Source: Cenococcum geophilum
Taxonomy: Eukaryota
Length of the DNA: 64,000 bases
Assembly: GCA_050273025.1 (NCBI GenBank)
Contig: CP158635.1
Location: 29,512,001 to 29,576,000 of the forward strand
Direction of reading: 5' to 3'
Part shown: positions 49,846 through 62,400 of the stretch, one piece after another
Layout of the letters: every line of letters begins with the position of its first letter
How positions within the stretch are numbered: the first letter of the stretch is position 1
Notes under the pieces: generated by a model
The model's input: only the letters and a program-made list of their open reading frames with translations
Told to the model about the DNA's origin: nothing
Database searches by the model: none
Program-made: the position numbers and the translations under genes

Positions 49846-52800
49846 CCTAAAGCTAAAGGTAAAAACTCTAAGTCTAATAGATCTACCTCTTTAGAAGATA
49901 ACCTTATTGCTAGCTCCCCATAAAAACGCAGGGCTAAAAAAACTTCTAAGAAATCCCTAAGAAAGAAGCTAAAGATAGGGCCTATGGAACTTCTAGCTTC
50001 TAATAGAGCTAGTAGGAAAAAGGGAAATGTAGCTATAATTGCTAAAGCTAACAAAGAAGAGATTATTAAGAGACTACGGCTAAAGCGAAAAATAAAATGC
50101 TCGTATTATTCTAAAACGCTAGTTAAGTTAATTAAGGCCCTTAATTCTAAGAAAGAACTAAAGGGCGGTGTCTTTTCTATCTTATAATAGTTTATTACGG
50201 CTTAGCAGGGAAATAAAATAAAAGCCCGCGCATTATGCCAGATACATCTTTAGAAAATAGTAGAATTATTAGAACTAGATGCCAGTGTTTCTTCTATAGA
50301 TTTATATTTGCAAACCCACTTAGTCTCTAAGAACTACAATGCTATTAATATTCTCTAGACGACTAAAAGCTCTTATTTCTAGTTTAAGAAGGATAGCCGC
50401 CCTAAGTATGCAAATAATACCCTTAGGATTTACGCTTATTCTACTATACGGCCTAAGGATTATTAAGTAGTCAAGAAATATTATGCTAGGCTTAAAGGGG
50501 GAACTTAAATAGGACTTACTTAGAATCCACCATGCCAATTTTTTTAAATAGTAGGAAGATATCGGAATCTTAGACATTTTTAAGGAAGAGTTTAACATGT
50601 ATATATATTATTTACGAAAAACTGCTAAGGAAGAGAAAGATAGTATCCTCCGGACTATATATTATTCTTTATCATAGTAGGTGGTTTAGATAGATCTAGA
50701 GCACTATAAATACACAGTGGCCTTACGCACTAATAATACTACTTATTTTATTATATATCTAAGCTATACACTCCAGTTTCTTAATGGCTATCTCCCTAAA
50801 AAACGGAACTTGGATATTAATCTTCTCTAAGTATATAAAGGAGGGCCAAATTCTAGAGAAAGTTGGCTTTACTCTTATGTTTCCTTAATTAATAAGGGGA
50901 GTTAGTCTTATGCGGAACTCCTACCTAGAATATATTAGTATATACTAGAATAGGTAGACTTGCTTTAAGAGCGTAGGGAACTTAATAGTAGGGGATATAT
51001 TAAGAATATGGAAGCGGCCTGGACTAAAGCTAATACTAAGAAATTTAGCCTTAACTAAATGCCTATTATATTAAGAACTAGAGAAATACGGTTTATAAAA
51101 GCTACTATTACGTAAGGGGCCTCTTAAGTAACATTAAGCTGCTTAATTGTTACTCTAGACTTAATCGCAATTCTACCAAATACTAAGAGATTAGAAATCC
51201 CTAGGCTTAAGAGTTAGCAGGAGGTTGTATAGATAAATTTAAATACATTCTCCCTGGTATTAACTTCTACTAGTAAATAAGTTACTAATATTCCTTTGCA
51301 TAAATTTCCGGCCTATATACGGCTATAGGTAAAGAGTGCCCTTTTAAATGCTTTAATTAGGAGAATTTTATAGGATAACCCCTAAGTAAGGGCAGAACAG
51401 CGGATAATCTTAAACCCTACCTAGAATAATAAATATAAAGCATTTGGGGAAAGATATAGGGCATATATTACTAAGGCTGTTCGTAACAGCTTTAAAGAGC
51501 TAAAAGAATTTAAGCGAGAAGTATTTAGGATTAAGTCTTACTTTTTAGTAAAAGAATAAGGTCGTAGGCGTCCCGAATGACCTAGAATACCCTAAAGGCT
51601 TAATTTCGGAACTAGAATGTAAAGATGGCCTGGTTAATAGAGCCTCTAGCGCTTCCCTATTAACTAATCGTAGTTCTAAAGGTTACTTTAAAGACAGGGG
51701 CGGAGCTGCTACACCTTAAAACACTAAAACTGCTACTTTAGACCTCGGCCCTAATATCTTTAACGAAGTAATGCCTATAGAAATTAACCGGGAATTAATA
51801 GATCTGGGGAAGCTTAAAGAAGGTAGTTACCGAGATATTACTTTTAAACATTTACTAGCATTTATTAATGCCCTAAAAAGTACTAATAAACTAGTAGCAT
51901 TATACCGCCTAACGCCTTTACTAATTTCGGAAAATAGTGCTACCTTAAAAGAGCAGGCAATTAATTCTAGCGTTCTATAATCTCCTATATAGAAGAAAAT
52001 GTAAGCGGAAATAGCTACTATTTAGAAAAGAGTGTCTTTAAGCCTTTAAGCTAATGCTATTAATACGTAAGAGGATATAAGCGTAGAACTTAAAGTAGAA
52101 GGTGTTATAGATAAGGATAATACGGGAAAAGCGGAGGCGATAATTAAGGAGGGAGTATAGGCAGCTTTAAAGAAGTTAGAGAAGCGTTAGGCGTTAGGGT
52201 ATCTTTTTTTAGGGGGGGGGATTTATTACCTATTAAGGAAAATATAAGGAAACGTTAGGGGGACAACGTTTTAGGTAGGGGAGGTAATATAGTGGTGTTA
52301 AATGCCCCTTAGTTATTTTGGTTTATTTTCCTATTATATATATAAAGCTTAGGGTTATATATATTATAAGAGCTTAGATTTTAACCTTACCTTACCTTAA
52401 TATAATTTCTCTTCTACCCTCTATTAATTAACGACTTCTTTAGTATAACTTAAACCGTTCTATTCTTTTATTTATAATACTTAATTAAGTATTATTTTTT
52501 AGTGTTAGGCTTTGCCTTCTACACTGCCTATAACGGTAGTAATATTAATCCAGCTATAAAGCCACAGCTCCCTATATACCACTATATATATATATTAAAC
52601 AGCTTATTAGTAAAGGGGCTTAGTAGAATATATATAGGACGCAAAATAAAGGCTAGAAGGTAGGAAGTATTAAAATTGCTTAACTATTAAAAAGTTAGCA
52701 AATATGCTCCTAAAACGCTTTCTTTAGTTTACTCTAATAAGTATATAATTGCTTATTAAGGTTAGAATTAAGGATCTAAACTAAATTAAAATCTACTTAC

Positions 52801-52899
52801 ATTTATTGGACCAAATTAGGATCTACTTATATTTATTTAGATTTTATATTAACCTTATTAAAATATTATTAGAATAGAAACAGCTTACTTTACCCTTTA

Positions 52900-55505
52900 T
52901 AACCGCGATAATAACTAAAACCTCTTTCTCTTCCTTATATCTAGTATGTTCTAAATACATTATTTAGACTTTATAAGCTTAATAGGCTATAACTTATAGG
53001 TAATAGTACCTAAGTATTGCGTAGAGGAGACTAGCGCGGGGGTAGGCTTAAAGAGAGCCGCGGTTATATAACGGATATAGTAATAACTAATATAGCTTAA
53101 CTAGTAGTAGTGGTAGATATAGCAGCATTAAACAGGGGGTTAATTAATAAAGTTTAACTCTAGCTTAGCGTTGGATTAACACTAGAAATCCTAAATATCG
53201 CATCTATACCCTATAAAGATGGGTATAGTATATAATTATATTTAAGATCGGCCGTATATAGCTCCTACTATAGGCTCTTAGATAGTAGATCTGCGTGTTC
53301 CCATTTATTTATATAGTTATTAAGGTGTTCGCGTATAGTAATTAGGTAGAACTAACATGCTATTTAATATATTATAGTATATAGAACGGCAATAGTGTAA
53401 TATATTAGAAATAGAGCAGATCTGCTAATAGCTATAGGTATTACTAATGCCTAAGCCTACGTCTAAAGTCTCTTAAGGATATAATTCTTTTTTATATCTA
53501 AATTTGCCCCCTTCTTATTATATATTTTACGTTTAGGCGTTCTTAACTAAAGGGAGTTATTACAGTAACTACAGCAGGAGCCTTTATCGGTATTAACAGC
53601 AATTAAAGCGTTAAGCTCGGCGAAATACTTATATAGTGTTTCCTTAATATACTTGTAATTGTTATATAGCTAAAAAAACTTATCTCTTATCTCTATACGC
53701 TTCTACTTGTCTTTCTTTTTACCTTCCCGCTTTAACTAGGTGGTGTTACTGGCTAGCAAGTTATCTAAATTTATAGAGTTAACTAATGGTGATCGGGATC
53801 CGCGTAATGGTAATAGTTAAAAGGTAGAGGAAGGGTGGGATAATAGTACGTAAGACTATTATTATTAATAAGAATTTAAACGGTGTATTGCCCTTAGCTT
53901 TAACTATAGAAGTAGGTCTTATTTGCTAAAGCACCAATATTTAAATAGAAAGATTACTTTAGCCCTTTTACTATCGCGGCTAGCTTAACCGCCACGCTGT
54001 AAAAGAAAAGAGAAATATTATTTAGGCGCCGGTATTATATGTCACGTGTCTATACATTGCTTGGCCGAAAACCCTGCAACTTAGGTATTCAACCAGATGT
54101 TCAACACGGTCAATAACATCATCGCTTGCAACTGCACTCAATAGGTCGTTCTTTTCACCCACCCACCCCCCTTACGATGTACATTAGATTAGTTACTTGC
54201 AGTCCTGTTTAGGTCTAGCGGCGGGCTATCCCATTAGGGGCACCGGGTAGGATTCAGGCCAGATCTCCGAAGTTTAGGCCTAAAAAGCCTTATAAACGCT
54301 AGGATATCGCCTGGATCCCGCCCTATAGGCCTGCACCCCCCACAATCGATATATTTGAAATGGACTATGACCTGTTCGTGCCGTGCGAGAGATAGATATA
54401 TAACCACTCTGCGGATGTCTGGAAGATTAATATTAGTCCCAACAGCCTCTATAGTAAAGATAATTTAAATCTTAAAAGACTGTACTAGTTTCCTAAACTT
54501 AGCTAGTATTAACTTCTTACTAAATAATAAGATTGTTTAATAGAATACGGCCATAATTAAGTAGGTAATATTCTTAGTATATTAAGCTAGATATAGCTGC
54601 TATAGGTACTTAAATATGCTTCTATGCGCCTCTATAGCTTAGGCTTTAGTATTAAAGAATATAATAGTTTTTAGAATCTTATGCGGAGTAGCTAAGCAGC
54701 TCCCTCCCTAAAAGATAGTAGGATTAATATATGTTTTAATAGTTAGAGGATTAATAGCCTTATTAAGAAGGAAACGGAGCGAGGTATATTTAGTAATTGT
54801 ATTCTTTAGTATCTAGCTAAGATAAAAGATAAGCTCTCTGCGGGAAATAGAAGTCTGCTTAAGGTATATACTAGTGTTATTAAAGCCTAAGGACTTCTTT
54901 ACTATTTTTAATGTTTCTAGATCTAAAGTTATAAAATAGGCAAACTATAGAACTGAGCTTCTAATTAGATTGCGTATATAGTATAGCTGCGTATACTTAG
55001 GGTAAAACTTCTTGCCCTATTATATAATAAGATAAGCTTTATTAATAACAACTAAGGCCAATTACTTCTTAAACTTAGGGTCTTTAAGCAGATTACGGAA
55101 AGATAGTATACTGGCAAGCTTAGAACTAATAAAGATATAGGTATATAGGCCGGCTCTTATATTCTTAAGCGCTTTATCTATATCCTTAATGTTAGCATTA
55201 AGGAGTAGTGCACTACTATCAATCTAATTAACCTTTTGAACTTGCTCTTTTGCAATCTTATTTAGAGGAAGAAATACTAGCAATATAGTATTTTTATAAA
55301 GGATTAAAATTACTTATATAATAAGGCTTTTACTAAAGCCAGTTTATAAAATAAGGATAACATTAATGCGATTATAGATTAGCTTCCGAATATAGGTTAC
55401 CTACTTATTTTTTATATTATATTTATTGCCGTATAGCAATAATATAGTATCCTAAATTACGTTATCTCGTTCTTAAGTTATTATATTAGGCTTTTTTTTA
55501 TCTTA
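52900..55505 (-). pseudogene. RecQ-like SF2 helicase (AcademH-type)
   Basis: De-RIPed motif I DVILILQTGFGKSLI (~55320-55365), II VVIDEAHLI..WG..F.P.Y (~54995-55050), V ATEAVG..VDLPDIRRVV (~54403-54455), VI QRGG(R)A(G)RD (~53975-53999), Zn motif CCS.C (~53563-53577); downstream end approximate. Confidence 0.88.
54040..54396 (-). mobile_element. 357-bp weakly RIPed insertion without TSD (Helitron-like non-autonomous candidate)
   Basis: Precise removal restores the helicase frame VVIY-IIPAP; sits between A and T; minus strand begins TC; no CTRR 3' end. Confidence 0.5.
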
Positions 55506-58500
55506 TATTACGGCACTAGCAGAAAGCGGCAGCTATGGTAGACGTTATAGTAGACGCAGGGCTTACGTAACTCTTACGTAACTAGGGATCGTATATAACT
55601 CCTCGCGTTGCTACTTATCCTTTTCTTTCCTTTTCTTTAGCTTTAGATTCTCGTTTATAGACAATCCAATTATATAGGCTTGCACGTCCCTTATACCGTA
55701 CTCATGCCTTAATTAACTAAGTCGCTAACATTATCTAAAGCTTAAACCACCCTTTCTTCCTAAAAAGGAACTTAAATATATCTATAGGACTATAAATAGG
55801 ACAAGGACATTACTAGGACTATAAGGACAGAACCTAAAGGAAAAGAACAGAACCCTAAGGAAAGGACCTATAAGATACGCATAGACTAGAACCCCTAAAA
55901 AAATTACCTAAAATTACCTAATACCCTAGCACTATGCCATGAAATATAGTAGTAGGTAAAGCAGCTATAGGACCCGCAAACGCCTTAGATGAAGAAACAA
56001 TTAATATCTTAACCCCTTAAGTAAAGCTCGCAGCAGCTAATACTAAAATTAAACGGCTATAAGAACTGCTTAAAACTAGAAGCACCCCTATATCTAGCAA
56101 GGACCTATTAAATAGACTTGCTATAGTCCTTAAGGCCCTAGCCTAACGTATAGTATTAGGATTATTACGGTCCGTAAAGGTCGCGGACCCTCCGTTACTT
56201 ATAGATGGAGCCAACCCTACGTTTAATAATTAGAAGCTTTAATTATAGGATAAGCTTAAAGTTAATGCGGACTACTTCCCTACTACTTAAGCCAAAATAG
56301 CCTACGTTTTCGGCCGTACCGGCGGAGATATACAGACGTATTTACGTCTGTGATACGCCTAGGACTTAGCAGAGCCCTTCCTCTCTAAAGAAGAAATAAT
56401 TAACTACCTATCTTCTATCTATAAGGACCCTTTTAGGGTATAAAACGCCTGCCTTAGCTATAAAAGTCTAAATATAAAAATAACGAAGACTTTTTTGGCC
56501 TTTTAGACCCGCTTCTTATACCTAGCCAGACAAGCCTAGATTCCCTAGGAAGACCTACTTCTAGACCTTTTTAATAAGCTCACCTTAGACCTATAGCGGG
56601 CCGTACTACTAGCTTTTACTACTGTATAGATATTAAAAGAACTTATAGACTATTGCCTGGCTATTAACTAAGGCCTCCGTTAAATTAAGGTATAATCTAA
56701 CTAGATAAAGGCTAGGAATCCCCTAAATTAAGCTATAAGTAATGCAAGAACGGCCTATAATACCCTAGTATAACCCGCAACGCCTACTGCGCCGGCCGCC
56801 AACCTAGCGACTAGCTATGTAGCTAGCCCTACCACGGGCTAAGCGCTTACTCGGCCTATTTATAGCAACCCCTGTATATAGGCCCTTAGTGATTAAGGGG
56901 CTTGCTTCTTATATGGTTAAAAGGGCCACCTTATAAGGAACTACTTAATAAAGGTAAAAGCGGACAAGGTTTTATTAATCTAGGAGGATAGTATAAAGTT
57001 GGAAAAAAAGGAACCCTAAAGAAAGACTCCTCTTTAGAGTTAAAAGGGATTAATATGTTATATATTGATCTAGGTTAGCTAGTTAGTAGAAGAAGCTGCA
57101 CTATCCCTTACACTTTATTCTATAATAGATATTAAGTTTTAACCTTAGCCTTAGCTAACTCTAGAGCAAATGCCTTTACCCTAATTAATACCTAGTATGC
57201 TATAAAGCTAGCTAACTTTCTTAATATACCTATAGAAGACCTACCTAAACTAATTCCTATTTACGGGTATAATAGACGGGTAGGGTAACCTATTACGAGT
57301 ATTTTGCGAATATATCTCCGCGTTAATGGGCGAAGGTAATATAACGTCCCCTTCCTAATTATGGACCTTAGAAGCTATAATATAATCTTAGGGAGGAAAT
57401 AGCTAGCCTATTTAGGCTTATAGCTTAATATATAAAGTAGACGGCTTATCTAGCCCAAAACCTTACCCCTAACCCCTTCTTTTATAAAAGAAATTAGCAT
57501 TATAATGGAAAACCTAGTATAACCCTAAATTGATACTATTTACTAGGCCGATGCTATACGTAGAGACCAGGCCTTTAAGAAGGATGTATAGCTTAACCTA
57601 CAACAGATCCGTATACTACGCCGCCCCTAAGCTACCTATATTACGCCATCCGCACCACAGACTTAGGAAGTTAATAGTGACCTACTTAAGTCCCCGGTAG
57701 AGAACCTAGGCCCTATACAGCTATAATAGAAGGCTAGGAACATTGGGCGGTATACTAAACTAATAAACTAGAAGGATAACTTACGGAAAATAAAACGCGA
57801 GCTAAGGAAGACTATAAACCCTATACTACAAAATACAGCCTAACGAATATCTGTAAAAAAACCTATGGACCTCCCACCAGTTAATATCTGCTATATTGGC
57901 GCTATAGGATTTTACTAAAACTTAGTTTAGCTGGATACCGTTACCTTTATAACTAGCTTATATAAAATTAATTAAATAATTAAAGAAAAAGAGACCCTGG
58001 CCTAAGAGGAGAATAAGCTTATAGATAAGGAGCTAGTAGAACGGAAACTACCCTATTAGTACTAAGAGTTTAAGGACGTATTCTCTAAGGCAGTATCTAA
58101 TATGCTCCTACCCTACTAACCGTATAACTATTAGATTAAGATTAAACCAGATAAGGAAAACGTCCTTAGCTATACCCCCCTTTATAAACAATCTATTACC
58201 GAATTATAGGCCACTAAGTAGTATATTATGGACAACCTAGTAAAGGGGTTTATTAAGCCTAGTTAGGCCCTATTTACCTCCCCTATTTTCTTTATAAAAA
58301 AGCTAAACAGAGGACTTTATTTCTGCATTAATTACTATAAGCTTAATAATATAACCTATAAAGACCATTATCCGCTACCCTTACTAGATAAGACGCTAGC
58401 CTAAATAAATAGAGCTAAGGTATTTATAAAGCTCGATATCTACTAAGCCTTCTACTAAATTAAAATAGACCCTAGATCTATAGACCTTACTATATTTCGG

Positions 58501-59474
58501 ACTTAATACAGATTATATAAATATAAAGTACTCCCCTTTAGACTAACTAATGGACCTGCTACGTACCAACAATATATAAACGATATACTCTTTAACTACC
58601 TTAATAACTTTTATATAGCCTACCTAGATAATATTATAATTTACTTTAAAAACGAGTTAGAATACAAGGAGCACGTCTATAAGGTCCTATAACAACTCCG
58701 TAATACTAGCCTCCAGGCTAATATTAAGAAGTTAGAGTTTAGTATAAAGCGAATAAAGTACTTAGGGTTTATTATTAGTACGGACGGAATTAAGGTAGAC
58801 CCAGAAAAAACGGCTATAATTAATTAATAGGAACCACTATAGACCGTAAAAGGGATATAGTTATTCCTAGGCTTTTATAACTTCTACTAATACTTTATTA
58901 AAAACTACAGCAGAATTACTTAGCTCCTTAGCCGCCTTATAATAAAGGACTAGCCCTTTTACTTTAACACCATATATAGGCAGGCTTTTAATAAACTTAA
59001 AAAACGGCTAGTCTCTACTCCTTTACTCACCTACTTTAACCTAAAACGGCCCTTAATGCTAGAAACGGATGCCTTAGATAGTATTATTGCTGGCGTTTAT
59101 TCCTAGAAGTAGACGGATAGGGAATAGCACCCTATTACTTACTACTTAAAGACTATAGTAAATACTAAGCTAAACTACCTAATTTATAATAAAGAAATAT
59201 TGGCTATTATCTATAGCTTTTAGCACTGGCGAGTATAGCTAAAAGGGACCCCCAAACCTATCTAAGTGGTTTTAGATTATAAGGCCTTAGAATATTTTAT
59301 AATAACAAAAGCCCTTACGGCCCGGCAGGCGCGCTAAGCGAATATCCTATCTTAGTTTAACTTCCTAATTATATATAGGCTAGGCGCCACTAATTATGCA
59401 GACGCTTTTATAAGGCGCGAATAGGACCTAGATAACTAGATGGCCGTAAAGGTCTTATTATAGACCTAGACACT
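55506..59474 (+). mobile_element. Ty3/Gypsy D (B-related subfamily), 5' LTR to RNase H, interrupted by Copia F
   Basis: LTR 55506-55730; gag ATG 55934; RT YLD(D)II ~58621; LETDA ~59059; colinear with B2. Confidence 0.92.
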
Positions 59475-62400
59475 TGTTACGAAACTTATATTAAGCTGTT
59501 TATTAATGAAATGGGTTAATTAATTAATGATCTTATAGATGTCTTAATTTTGATTTTGGACCTAGGGCCCTCGGGCTCAGATAAAGAGGTTTACACTGCA
59601 CGTAACTTATGTATGTAACTTGTGCACGGTCTACGCCTCTAGAGAATACAGATTATCTAACACATCCCCTTAGCTTCAAGCTCTTTGAGGTCAAAGCTAA
59701 CCATCTTCCTGCCAAATTCTGCCAACTTCTGCCAACCAATTAGGATTTTCCATCCCTGGGATGGAAAATCGCTATTAGCTCGCTTACGGCTAGCGCCTTA
59801 GCAACCCTTCTCGTGCTTATTAATGCGTTAATTAAACCGTAATCTTATCTAAATCCTTCCGTCTTGCTCTAATACTGTCCCTTAAGTCCTCTAGTTACTT
59901 CTCCTTATTTAGCCGCTCCTTAATATCCACCATTCCAATTATATTAACGAAGCTTTAAAACCTCTACTTGGGCAGGGCCTTTATAAGTCTATCGGCGATT
60001 ACCTCCTTCGTCGCTATCTATTAAAATTATACTTGTCTTATTATATATTTCTAATATAGCTAGTGTTAATAGATATTAATGTGTTGAAGCTTTATAATTA
60101 GCTTTACCATATCTTCTGTAATTAGTTAGAGCGTCTAGGTGTTATCACATTTAATAATTAAGGGCTTATTTAGGCGTAGCGTTATTGCTTTAAACAGCCT
60201 GCTAATAAAGATAGCTTCCTTTACTGTTTGTAATAGGGCTAATAACTCGGCTTCTATACTTAATATCGTAACCATACCCTACTTATTTGCTCTCTAGGCG
60301 ATTAGCCCCCTAAATAGCTTTATAATATATCCTTACAAGCTCTTTCTATTAATAGAGTTATCCGCGAATAATGCGTCGCTAGTATAGATAAATAATTACG
60401 CACCGTCTCTTCCGTTGTCTCGTCCTTTATCGCGTATTCCTTTATCTCTCCCTCTACCGTTTATTCCTTCCTTATCTTCTCTATAGCATATTACTCTGCT
60501 TCTCGTGCTATATAGGTACTAGATAACTCTTTCTACCGCTTGATAATGCTCTTAGCTTAGGTTCTAATTAAACCTTACCAGCCGTAATACTGCGAAGGCA
60601 ATATCCGGACGCGTTGTAGTAGCTATATAGAGTACTAAACCCAATTTTCTCTAATATAGTATTGTAGAGGCTAGTAGGGATATAGGACGGACTAATAGGT
60701 CTATATTAGGGGACGGACGCGTCAGACGGATTATACGGTAATCGGTAGGGAGGAGTTCCGATTCTGCTATAGGAGTGTCTAGAAGACGCCCTCTAAGATC
60801 TATCTTATACTGGTTAGCTATCTTCTTAATATAGGCTTCTTGGGATAACTATAGGAGCCTCTGGCTACGATCGCGTAGTATATAGATTTCTAGGAACCAT
60901 TTTAGCTCGCCAAGGGTACTTATCTAGTATTCTTTGCTTAGCTCCTTAATTGCTTCTTAAGCTTTCTTCTTATCTATCTTTTAGTAGCAGAAGACAATAT
61001 CGTTAACATAGAAGAAGACGACTATTCCACCTTTTAGCATAACACACGGCTCCTAAGGTACTTCTTTAAAACCTAATTCGTTTAACAAGCTCGTAAGATT
61101 CTTCTGCTATAATAGTAGTGATCGTTATAGTCCGTATAGGGCTTTTCTTAAGCGTAGTACTTTGTCTGTTTTTCCTTTATTAAACCCTAGCGGTAGCTTT
61201 ATATAGACGACCTTATTAAGATCGTAATGGATAAACGCATTAACTGTATCTATCTATATCGTCTCTAGGTTAAATTTTGCAGTAATCGCTATAAGGGTTC
61301 GGAAGGTCGTACTAGCTAATATAGTAGCTCTTATGGGTAGGTCTCCTAGGGCCTGTTAATTTCCGTAGACTACTAAGCGTGCCTTATATTTCTGGAGAAA
61401 TCCGTGCTTGTCTATCTTATAGACGAATACCTATATTAAGCTAAGGACCTGCTGTCCCTTTACGTGCTTCTTATCTATTTCTTAAAACGACCTTATTTAA
61501 TAATAAGATTGAAAATGAGCTCGCTAAGCTTCTTAGAACTAATCTTAAAAAGGATATATATTAAGGTTACGGATCGACTAAGATAGCGGAGGTAAGTTCT
61601 TCCTATATAATCTAATATTACGTATTCTGCCTAATTTTAGCTTACTGTCGTTAAGTTAACTATTAAGGTTAAACTTTCTTCCTACTAAGAAGGCGCCGTA
61701 ATAGGCTAAAGTAATCCTTTTAGTAACAAAGTCTTTAAACCTATAATCGCTGGCTTCCTTAAACAAGTCTTTAACCAAGTCGTTAAGTACCCCCTAAGTG
61801 TTAAACGCATCTCCTACTTAATAAGCGACGTCTTAATTAGTATCTTATATATCTAACTTCGTAGGATACTTGACGTAAAAAGTATATGGAGATTCTTCGT
61901 CTTCTTCCGTTAGAGGTGGCGTACGATATATATCTTTAAGAGCTCTTACAAGCTTAAGATCTGCTAACTTATTAAAGGTTTAAACTAGCTTATTAACGTT
62001 ATTGTCTTCCTCTTAAATTAACGGTTTAAATACTTCTTTATCGTCTTCTAGAAGAACCTCATTCTTAGTTAGGCTATTAGGAAGTTAAATCTTCTTAATT
62101 AGCGTTTCTAATTCGGCGTATAGATCCTTTAAGATATCCGTTCGCTTGCCGTTAAAGAACGTCTTTTTATTAAAGATAACGTCCCTAGTAGAGATAACGA
62201 TACCTTTATAGGGGATCTAGATCCTATAGATATTAGTAGAGTTATAGCCAACGAGGTAGCTAATATAGGCTCGCGGATCTAGCTTACTTAGCCTTTTCTT
62301 CTTTAGCTAGGCGTCTAACGTCATTACGTACGCCCTATAGCCGTAGGCTTTTAGGTGCGCTAGTTGCGGCTTTCTTAATCTCCCATTAGCTAGGAAGGTA

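Larger units (their letters stand above)
36922..52250 (+). pseudogene. Cargo gene X copy 2 (split by Gypsy B2 and C): PhyH-like 2OG-Fe(II) dioxygenase-fold protein
   Basis: ATG 36922; de-RIPed KCSC, LCQIHLQK, EEFDMY.YHLRK, LRT.YHSLSQQVV.MDPEHY..TVALR.D, YVSLIDE, ELLPGMH, GE.RF, KFPA, ALSNAL.GR..WDDP.V, FER.VFG.KSYF (50560-51560). Confidence 0.6.
25836..55505. mobile_element. Candidate large AcademH-like DNA transposon with cargo (termini not visible)
   Basis: Academ/DUF6589-like transposase (+) and RecQ-like helicase (-) in convergent orientation bracket ~10 kb of non-retroelement sequence once the nested inserts are removed. The left end is cut by a solo LTR and the right end by Gypsy D. 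Confidence 0.6.

Noticed and set aside
43577..51980. Short ORFs at 43577, 46139, 47443, 48857, 49761, 49984, 50320, 51771 (and 33163) as independent genes
   Set aside because: They are stop-free fragments or antisense shadows of pseudogene X and Gypsy C.
54040..54444. Apparent TG...CA solo LTR
   Set aside because: 54397-54444 is helicase coding sequence (DLPDIRRVV) and there is no TSD; the insert ends at 54396.
52900..55505. Host SGS1/RecQ gene
   Set aside because: It is heavily RIPed (implying multicopy), embedded in TEs and linked to an Academ-type transposase.
25836..55505. Starship element
   Set aside because: No DUF3435 tyrosine-recombinase captain was recognised; the core genes are a DDE transposase and a helicase.
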